From: Zygnema circumcarinatum SAG 698-1b
Lineage: Eukaryota > Plantae > Zygnematophyceae
Reading direction: 5' to 3'
NCBI GenBank assembly: GCA_037447605.1
Contig: CM074816.1
Location: 1,764,525-1,828,524, forward strand
DNA: 64,000 nucleotides
Shown: one piece after another, positions 8,957-18,700 of the stretch
Layout of the letters: each line of letters opens with the position of its first letter
Numbering within the stretch: the first letter of the stretch is position 1
Notes under the pieces: generated by a model
The model's database searches: none
The model's input: the letters and a program-made list of their open reading frames with translations, nothing else
What the model was told of the DNA's origin: nothing
Translations under genes and position numbers: made by a program

Positions 8957-10999
8957 ATGGCGGGCGGGCGATACGGTGTCCACCGTCCCTTTCCCCCTCC
9001 TGCTATCTCTCACTCTTGCTCTCGCTGGTCCTATCCTATTTCTTCAAAGACGGAGGAGCGTGTGCGTGAGCTGTCGCTCAGTCAGCTGAAGCTCCTCGTG
9101 CTCTACTGGGGCTTCTGTACCTCCACCGACTGCAACGACCCTGAATTCTATCGCCGTTCTGTCCTCAAATACGTGCGCAGTCGGAACCTCGTCAGCCTTC
9201 CGAAATTGCCGCCGCCTTCTCACAGGCCGGAGCTCATAGGTGACGCTACCGTTTTCCGCGTAATGGAGCAGCGCGTGCGGGCGATCTCCACCGAAGGCCT
9301 CGTATGTCTTCTCAAGGACTGGGACATAGAAACCAGATACAAACAAAACGATCGTCAGACGCTGCTCCTTCTTGCGCTGTGCTACGCGAAAGAGTACTTC
9401 GTCGATCAGTTGCCGGGCGCCAACCCCTTGTACTCCTCGCCCGGCTATGGACTGCCTCTTCTTCCCTCGCAACACCGCTTTGAGGAGGCCGAGCCTGCAC
9501 GTTTCTGCCAAGAAGGTAGGCACTGGCTTGCCTTTAGTGCTAGGAGCAGCAGGCGGGTCCTAGAAGCCGCATTAGTAGGGTGTGCCTTGATGCAGGATTG
9601 AGGTGCGTTGTACACAACCCTTTTGTTTTGACGCAATTGGACGTCTTTAGGCGATCCAATCCATGTTGATGGTCTTGCAGCGCAGCGCGTCCTGACCTTG
9701 CAAGTGTCGTTTCTGTGTGCACCCATTCACTTCGCAGTGCACCCGCTGGTCGACGTACCGGAGCAAATCCCGTTCTCTGTTACGACGGATGTTGAGCAGG
9801 AAATTGTGGCCGAGTACATTTTCGTTCCGGTCGTAGTTCTGCTTTTGAATTTATTCGTGTTGGCCCTGCGGGGCAAGATCTTCCCGATGGCCCGCTGGGA
9901 GTTTCTCCAGTTGGTGGTCTTCCTTGTCGTTACGGGAGCGATCGTCCACAGCTTTTGGAAGCTGCAGATGAGGAGGAATCTGAAAAAGCTTTCGCTCAAG
10001 TATTATAACAAGGTAATGAGTGCTCCTCCAACGCATTCACTTTTTCCATTGCGCGATTGTTCCATTTGTGTAGTAAGTCAAATGTTTCTTTCAAGACTAA
10101 CGATAAAAAGTGTTTTGTTTTTCCCATGTTGCAGAACCCTCACTTGGAGGATGCTTCACTCAGAAGCCTTTATACCTCAGAGAAGAGGACGCGGGAGAAT
10201 TATTCGGCATACCAAACAGGTTAGTTTGGACCACTGACGGCGATGAATGATTCTTTCTCTTCGACGGTTGAGTGAGTGGGCGGGTGTGGTCTCTGCTGCA
10301 GGAGTTAGAATGGTCGGAATGACTGAATGAATGTGTTGGGTGTATCTCTGTGCAGTTCTGCCGACGAGTGCAAAGAAAGCTGAAGACGACTCTATTTTTC
10401 GCTCGGCCGGTTCCATGCTCTTGGCGTTGGTCTTTGCGTCAATGAAGGTCAACATCTTTGTCATGTCCAAATGGGACATTTTTCAGTTCGCGCTCTCCCT
10501 TTTCCTTTACGGAGTGACAGTCTACAAAGTCTCCAATCTGCTGATGAGGATGAAGTTGATTCGACTTTTTCACCGGATTTATACCACGGTACGTGCACCT
10601 CCCGTCCGCCTGCATTTTTGCCTCAAAGACGGTCTCTTTGAAAATTGATCATGCAGTCTGTCTGCTTTAGATACCTGTTTTGAGGTCGATGTATTGCGGG
10701 AATGAACGGTGAGATGAATGGATGAATTGAATGAGTGAATGGGCGGCGGGCGTTTGCGTTGGGTGGAGCAGGCTCTGCGAGAGCTGGAGGGGCGCGGCTA
10801 TGGGCCCGAGCCGTTTGTGACGGCGGACGAGCTGCGGGAGTGGAGTCTCTCTGGGGGGGCGGAGAAGGGGTCGGAGGAGGAGGAGTACGCGTGCTGGCTG
10901 TGGCCGCTCGCGTTCGAGCGCCTCTTCAGGCACTCGCGGGTCGGCGTGTGGGAGCTCACCCTCAAGGTGCCGCTTGTGACACTCAGCTGGCGGAAGTAG
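8957..10999 (+). CDS. Divergent MAN1/Src1 (MSC-domain)-like inner nuclear membrane protein with duplicated TM-hairpin exon (exons 8957-9515, 9738-10012, 10135-10219, 10356-10588, 10772-10999; about 459 aa)
   Basis: GT-AG introns with phases 1,0,1,0 give an open 1380-nt CDS. The C-terminus IYTTALRELEGRGYGPEPFVTADELREWSL...WLWPLAFERLFRHSRVGVWELTLKVPLVTLSW follows the MSC winged-helix pattern (EPWV..xLRD..W..V..L..DSRI..W). It is preceded by hydrophobic hairpins. Confidence 0.65.
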
Positions 11000-11985
11000 G
11001 CCTCGCCTCTCCTCTGGGCTCGCAGGCTTCCAAGCCTCGAGGCCCGCTCGGAGGGCAGGGCAGGGCAGGGCAGGGCGAGGGCGAGGGCGAGGGCAGCCCT
11101 TGGGAGCATGGAAGGGAAGGGAAGGGAAGGAACGGCGGCGCCGTTCCCTGCGCTTCACTTCTCTTCACCGTTTCAGTTCAATTCGTTGTGTACAGTCGGA
11201 GTGGAATAAGCGGAGAGAGAGAGAGAGAGACGGAGGGAGGGAGGGCGGAGCAAGTCTGCTTGCGGAGGGAGGGAGGGAGGGAGGGAGGGAGGGCAGTAGG
11301 GCCATCATCATCATTGCCCGTCAATTTTTATTTCTTATTTTATTTTTTTCACTCGCTATTCAGTTTCATTTTTCATTTCAGGTCCAATTCAGATCAGTGG
11401 AAATTCTGACTGAAACTGAATAGTGAATAGTGACAGTAGTGAATAGTGACAACAATTTTGTTGCGCAGCACCGCCAACATCGTCTGTACTGACGTCTTTT
11501 TTTTTTTTGGCGATTTTGCGCCATTTTATTTTAAATGTCGAGCAATTCAAAAAAGGTCGTTCTATCTTTCTCTCTCCGTTCTCTCTCTCTCGTTCACTTT
11601 TTCTCTCTTTCTCCCTTCTCTTTGTCTCTCTCGTTTTTTTCTCTCTCTCTCTCTCTTTTTTTCTATCTCTCTTCCTCTCTCTCTCGCCTCCCTCTCCCTC
11701 CTTGTCGTCCTCTCTCTTCCATGTCAGGCTTGTTGTGGGATGTGATGTGATATGGTGCTTATGCGTATGCGATGCCATGTCATGCGTTTGCTCATTTGCT
11801 TCTCCTCGCTTTCCCGATTTGCGAACCACCCTTACGTGGAAATTGAATGGGCAAACTCTTTCTTTTCGGGATTGAAAAAAAGCGGAAAGGAAAGGATTGG
11901 CGGAAACAGTGCGCAGGTCGAACGCAGTGGCAGAGCACTGAACCCGAACAGCAGACAGGGCACGCCAGTGAATTCAATGCTTGCA

Positions 11986-12075
11986 CAACCATTGGTTGGT
12001 GGACCCAGCCAACCATTGCCAGTGTTGCAACATAGCCAACCATTGGTTGGTGGACCAAGCCGACCATTGCCAACG
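11986..12075. repeat. CCAACCATTG(G)-core repeats, including CCAACCA-T-TGGTTGG palindromes, left of the retroelement
   Basis: Four CAACCATTG/CGACCATTG cores related to the downstream minisatellite. Confidence 0.65.
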
Positions 12076-12079
12076 GTTT

Positions 12080-13071
12080 CGGACCCTTACCCTACCCTTA
12101 TTGCGGCTCTTCCTTCTGATGTTGCGCGTGCTCGGCTTCGCTCTTGTGCGGGTCCTGGCTTGGTTGGCTGTTACCCCGATATTTTCCACCCTTCGTTTGA
12201 CCCCAGGTCAGTTTCAGCTTGCAGCGCGACTTCGTCTCGGGCTCCCCCATCCGCCATTGCAGGGTTCTCCTCGTTGTGTTTGTGGTGATTCGATTGATGC
12301 GCAGGGCGTTCATCTACTTCGATGTGCACACGGGGGCGAACGCATTTTGGCTCATAATGTTGTGCGCGATGCGATTGCTGCGGTGGCTCAAGAAGCTAAC
12401 TACCTTGTGCGACGGGAGCCGAGCCACCTGGTGTCCCCACGGCCGACTATTCGTGGCGAGCGTGGAGTTCGCCCTGATTTGGCTCTTATGGATGGTGCCC
12501 GGCGCATTTTTGGGGATATTGTGTTGGCCGATCCAACCCGTCGCGATTTATTATCACGTGCAGCACATCATGAAGGCGTGGCTGCTCGCGATGCGGCCCT
12601 TCGCAAGGAGCGTGCATATGCTCACCGTGATGCAGCCGACGAGTTTGTTCCTATGGCTATTGAGATTTTTGGCTGCCTCGACACCCGTTTGGATACCTTC
12701 CTTCGCCAGTGCGCCCATCGCTCCTTCGAGATGCACGGCCCCGGAAGCCCTCCTCCGGCGATCTTGGCTACCTTTTATCGACAGCGTATTTCCGTCGCCC
12801 TTCAGCGTTGCCTCGCTTCTACGCTTCTTCGGCGTGCTGCAGTTGTTGGTGATCGTGTTGGTGGACTTCCGCCGCTCCCTCCTCGCGACGTGCCTCACAT
12901 CGGTGACCTTCGCGGCTGCTTCTAGGGCTGCGTTGTTGTACCTAGGCGTAGTTTTCCGCTCCTAGCTTCGTTTTATTGTGTTTTGGTCCTTTGTGACCAG
13001 TCCTTCGTGGTTCCACATTTTGCCTTTATCCATGTACATTTGATGGCCTCGCCATCGCGAGTTCAATGAAA
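12080..13071 (+). mobile_element. 5'-truncated CRE-clade-like non-LTR retrotransposon (post-RT region, CCHC knuckle, restriction-like endonuclease), one frameshift near 12157
   Basis: ARLRSCAGPG/AWL..P..L....F..AARLRLGLP, CVCG..D..G.HLLRC, AHNVVRD, RPDL, DIVLADP, RKERAY and FVPMAIEIFG are typical RLE motifs. Stop at 12925; the 3' UTR ends in AATGAAA; flanked by duplicated GTTT/GTTTCGGACC. Confidence 0.85.
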
Positions 13072-13101
13072 GTTTGGCTGCTGTTTCGGACCGTTATGCA
13101 G

Positions 13102-13555
13102 CCAAACCGTTGGCTGATGGTGTGCCAACCGTTGGCTGATGGTGTGCCAACCATTGGCTGATGGTGTGCCAACCATTGGCTAATAATGTGCCAGCAATTG
13201 GCTGATGATGTGCCAGCAATTGGCTGATGGTGTGCCAACCATTGGCTGATTATGTGTCAACTATTGGCTGATGATGTGCCAGCCATTGGCTGATGATGTG
13301 CCAGCCATTGGCTGTTGATGTGCCAACCAGTGGCTGATGATGTGCCAACCATTGGCTGATGCTGTGCCAACCATTGGCTGATGCTGTGCCAGCCATTGCG
13401 TGATGGTGTGCTAACCATTGGCTGATGATGTGCCAATCATTGGCTAATAATGTGCCAGCAATTGGCTGATGATGTGTCAACCATTGGCTGATGATGTGCC
13501 AACCATTGGCTGATGATGTGCCAACCATTGGCTGATGATGTGCCAACCATTGGCA
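13102..13555. repeat. 22-bp minisatellite, about 20.5 copies, consensus CCAACCATTGGCTGATGATGTG
   Basis: Head-to-tail units with point variants and no unique spacers. Confidence 0.95.
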
Positions 13556-15787
13556 TTGGTCCATAGCAGTAAAGTGGACAGAGAAGGGCGAAGACGAGCG
13601 AAGATAGAAGAGCGAGATAGATGAGATAGAAGAGCGTGACCAGCGCATTTTCGTGAAGGACATTGCAGAACAACGGTTCATGGCAGGTGGGAACTTACAA
13701 TGAGGTATCTTGCCCTTAGTGCTTTTCCCTCTTTCAACTTGTGATGCTGAATGTGTACTCGCATGTACTAACTTTCACACGATTCAAGATGCAAAACTGG
13801 AACTCCAGCTGTCCACATTTCAGTGTAAATGATAGCAGCAGACAGTCTGCAGACGATTTTGCCCCTTTTGTCCCTTTTTTTAGGTCATCGCTAATCTTGG
13901 TTATAACTTACGATACTTTCAGTCGAATCATGTTTTCAGACCTGGACTGAAGCATTTAACTAATGATTAGAATCAGAATGCTCGTGCATGTTTTCAATGA
14001 AGGCCGACCTTTGTATCCTGTGCACCGCCTCGATCGCCCGGCAAGTGAAGTACTGATTTTAACCAAGTCAGGACATTCTGCACACGTTCTTCAGCAATGC
14101 CTCTCAAGCCCTGCCTGCAGAAAGCAGTGAGTCGTCCCTCTAAGCAACGGCCATCACTTGCGGCTCGAACATCGATTACCATTCATTCACATTCTTCACG
14201 GGGCTTGACACCATTAGGGATGTGGCTATTACAACGCAGTGTCGTGTATTAGAATTCCAAAATTTGCAAAATTCTAAAAGTCAGGCCGTTTTATAACACA
14301 CTTTTAGAACACTTTTCCCCTTCACAACTGTACTTGGCGTTCAATTTCAACGGTCGCGCGGCCATTCTAAAAGTGATTTAAGACTCTGAAACTTTTAGGT
14401 CTTAGAACGTTCTAATTCTGAAAAGTAAAACTATGAAAGTCCTTGTACGAACTTTTTGCCATCCCTAGACACTATTGGCTCGTACCCAGCAAGTTCTCGC
14501 AACCTGTGGTTTTAGCAACCTTCATTGGGTGACGTCATCCTCCTAATGGAGGGCGTTCCATCGTAAAGTGAAAACTTACATCACAAAAGCTGTTAAGGTC
14601 CAAAACCAAGTCCCCCTAATGGAGTATCCAAGGGCCAGATGTGCTTTTAACTTCCCATGCTCAAAATCAACCGCAAGGGAAGTCCTGGCTTGGCCAATTC
14701 ATCTCCCTCAGAGCCTCCATACAGCCCACCATGCATGCCATTCCAATGCCATCCCATGCTCCGATCTGATGCCTCTCAGACATCACACCTCCAAAGCCCC
14801 ATACAAACTGAAAAGTAACCAGAATCAGAAGGCATTCTGTTGACAGTGAGGAATTCTGGACACACATTATGAAAAAAATAGTAGAAAATCTGCGCCCACA
14901 AAGTGGAGTCCAAGGACTTGAGGACCTTCTGTGCGCCCACAGGCACTGCAGCGACTTTGGACCCCCTTCTACACTCCAAATATATGAGCTCATAGCTTAT
15001 AGCCCCCAACCCTAACTCGCTGTGGAGAGTTGAGCCCACAGGAGAATGGTAGGAGAGCTGACTAAACCCAACTGCATCCTGAGATCCGGTAAGGGAGGGA
15101 GCTGTATCTCCAAAATATAAGAGGCGCAAAAGAGAGGAGTGAAAGGGAGAGAGAGGAGAGGAGGAGAGAGTTCATACGGAGTGTTCGTGGCTGGAAGTGC
15201 TCCTCTACTCCTCTCTGTTCACAAACTTAGAATCAAAAGAGTACTAGTATCTGATTGACAGAGTAGGCTTGCTTGTTTGTTGGGAGGGTGAGAGAGAGAG
15301 GGGATAGAGGAGGTGAAGGGAGGAGAACAGGACGGGGGGTTTATCTCTTCTGATTACCTTTCCGTATCAGCTATGTCCCCATATCTAAGCCAAGACACAT
15401 AGGGCTGCTCTAACATGCAAATCATTTAGGTTTTCTGTATATTCACTCCACTAGCCTCCCCTTCACAAATCGTAGCTTCACTTCCTAGACAGAAATTAGC
15501 GGAGTTGTTCGAGCTTGCGGGAGGAGGAACACAGCAAAAATTTCTATAGCTATCTCTCTCTACCCCACCTCCCCTCCACTCATCACTTTCTCTGTCTCTC
15601 TGTCACTCTCTCTCTCTCCCGCTCAATCATGACGTACGATATACCAGGCGCTTGCCCCCCCCGTGACTATGCCGAGTTACGATCCATCTCCATCTATAAG
15701 CTCACCTCGAAAATGGGTAGAGCAACCACCCAGAATGTATGCTGAAAAAATATCCTTTAAGCTCCCGCTCTTCACCCCTCCAATTCC

Positions 15788-18700
15788 TCACTGCTTCTTA
15801 GCTTCCGCAGCTCGCTGCCTCATCATTTCCTGCACAGCTGCTCTCCTTCGAGACTCCATTTGCAGAGTGGCTCGCCGCAAGTGCTCCTTCAAGTCTCTGT
15901 CACAGTAAGATTTCCTCAAAGAAACCATCAGAAAAAACGCGATTTCTCCAAGAAAGACAAGGGGTCATCATGTCAGCCGAAAATCCTAAGCAAGTAGCTC
16001 ACAAATTTCTCCAAAACCCTTCCGATTCACTCCCCTTCCCTCCCCCTACGAGGCCAGGAAGGAAGTTGAAGTTGAGACATTACTTGCAACGGGGCACCAT
16101 GCAGTGGGTCTCTTTGCATGAGCGTGCATGAAATCGAAGAAGTCGCCACATTTGCTTGCAGAGCTCGCAGCCTCCATTGAGACGAATTTTGCAGTTCAGT
16201 CCATGTCGGAAGAGACGATGGAGAGATGGACATTTGGGAAAACCACAGCCCCCAGTAGCACCCACCTTGCCTCCAGTACCCCCCAGCTTGCAACGTGAAG
16301 CATGCTGTAAGAGAAAAAGCATTTTACGCATCTGCACATAGATAGGAGTAAGTGTGTTCAAAACCATGTCAGAAGTTTCCAGGACTTCTTTACTTCAAAT
16401 CTCAGCTTGAATCATCAGATTCTGAGTTAATAGAAGCAAGTGTGTTCAAAACCATGTCAAAAGTTCCTAGGACTTCTTTATTTCAAATCTCAGCTTGAAT
16501 CATCAGATTCTGAGTTAATAGAAGTAAGTGTGTTCAAAACCATGTCAAAAGTTTCCAGGCCTCCTTTTCTTCAAATCTCAGCTTGAATCATCAGATTCTG
16601 AGTTAAGGTCTGATGGCTAGAGGTCATGAATATGCAACTTGCCTGTAGGATGCGTTTTTTCCGGCCCTCCTGACTCTGAGCACTCGTTTCTGCAGAGCTG
16701 ATGTGGGGTTGCAGGGAATGTGGATGAGCAGCATTTCCACTATCTCGACATGTGCTGCAAACATCATAGTCACACGGCTCACACCTCCAACCTTGTCCAT
16801 TTTCGATATCTCTCTGGCAAACGTTGCAGGTGGATACGAAGGCGGGAGCTGTGGGATTGTGAAGATGGTAGAGGACCATCATGCTGGAATGCTTAGCTCT
16901 GCGAAGAGTGTCATATTGATAGTGGTTTCCTTGGCAGAGACTCAGGAAGGCTTGCCGTGTGTCGAAAAATTCACTCTCCATGAGCTCGTCAGGGTCAACA
17001 ATTTCATTTGGTGCCGGCTGCAATTCCTCCTGAAAACAAGAACAAAAGAAAGTTCTGTGGCAGTGAATCTCGGGCTCACAAACGCGATGGATCAACCTTA
17101 ACTTAGAGTGCACGAAAGAGTGTGTGTGGAGGGAGGGAGCGGGAGTGAGTGAGAGAGGAGGAGAAGAGACAGCAAGAGGGAGGGAGTGAGTGAGAGAGGA
17201 GGAGAAGAGACAGCAAGAGGGAGGGAGTGAGTGAGAGAGGAGGAGAAGAGACAGCAAGAGGGAGGGAGACGGAGAGAGAAGGAGGCATATGCAAGTACAC
17301 CTCACCATTAAAAGGTCATGAGCGTCTTTTGAAAGTTTGGGATGACGATCCCTTGGATCTCGTAACCTCTCCGCATCATAGCATCTGAAGACAAAACCCA
17401 TACTAACTTCCTGTTTTAGAGTTTTGAGAGTTTCGCGAGTTTTAACGTATTTCCCCTTGCCATAGATTGAGTTTACGGGTCATAAGGCATCCAAAACTTC
17501 TGGTTAAGGTTTCTTAAGGTTCCTTCTCTCTGTTACCTTAACCTTAAGCTTCTTTTTAAGCTTAAAGAAACGAAGGTCTCACTTAGGACAGAGGTTGAAA
17601 TTGGAGCAAGTTCGGCAAACCCAGCGTCGGTCTCCTAAGATGAAATTTCTGCAATGTGTGCAGCAGTACTGCATGTGCACCATAATGAAGTCGTCCTTCA
17701 TAGACAGAATCGACTCTCCTAGCTGCACCCCCATTGGTAAAGGATCCGATATCAATTACAAAAGACAGAAACTAATTACTTGCTCAATTCAACTTGTCGA
17801 CTAGTCCCATAACCCTTGATCTGAGGGAAATGGGAAATCGCAGTTAGTTAAGTTAAGTTAGTTAGTTAGTCGCTTTCTCACACACCTTACTCATGAGCTG
17901 ATCTTCCATGGCAGTTGTGCTGCCTGCCTCCTCCTCCCCTTTTATCACTCCCCGCTTTGATATAGTCTTAGCCTTCTTCCCCTTCTTGCTGCCCTTCCTC
18001 TTGCTTTCATCCTTTTCCTCATCCTGCAATTGCTGCAGCACATCCTCTATAGCCCCGGGCCAATAATCTCCATCAAAGTAAGGCAGTCTGGAAGCTCTTA
18101 CAGGAGCTCTGCTTTCTCCACAAGTTACGAAGAATGTCTCGTATAGATTACTGACTTCCACCACAATTTTTTCGTGCTGGGCTTTTTTCAGCATTGCCAG
18201 ATACCTGCATCCCAAGTTTTGCCTAACATTGGCAAGTTGCATGGAAGCGGATTGAAAGCATTCAATGTTCAAAGTTAACGTAAACTTCGAGTGTTGAATG
18301 TTGGATGATCTCCAAGGTTGAAGGTCTTTGCAACCTCCACCGTGTGTTGGCTACAACAGTACATAGTGGGCAACGACGAGATGCATGGTAAAGAACATTC
18401 CACAAATGTCACTGTGCAGTTTTCACTCAAGCTTCCGAAAGGGGCAACGAAGCACAATGATACATGATGTAATGATGTAATGATGTAATGATTTTGGCCC
18501 CAGAATTTCTGTTAAAGAAAAGAGAGCTGAGCTTGCCATTCACGAAGCTTTGCAGGTTGCGGAGTTTTTTGAATCTCCGGATGGCAGTATAGAATATAAT
18601 CTTCCCCTTTCAATGGGGGGCATGCCCAGATATAGCAACTCGTGAATCCTCTCCGCTTGCAGTAATCCAAATAGCCAATCTGCAGAGGAGGTCGTCGAGA

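Noticed and set aside
9044-9523. 159-aa antisense ORF over the MAN1-like exon 1
   Set aside because: Shadow frame of GC-rich coding sequence with no independent motifs.
10671-10708. Extra 38-nt exon in the MAN1-like gene
   Set aside because: It has AG/GT borders but would shift the frame and lose the MSC-like domain. Direct splicing of 10588 to 10772 is in frame.
11981-12160. N-terminal NHWLVD repeats of the 314-aa ORF as a domesticated nuclease N-terminus
   Set aside because: The ORF starts at TTG and this part is translated repeat DNA. The real retroelement peptide upstream of about 12157 is in another frame.
13102-13555. CRISPR-like array next to a nuclease ORF
   Set aside because: The units are contiguous 22-mers without unique spacers, and the nuclease is a retrotransposon RLE domain, not a Cas protein.
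13994-14182. 62-aa minus-strand ORF resembling a terminal exon
   Set aside because: No recognisable motif and no upstream exon could be linked to it.
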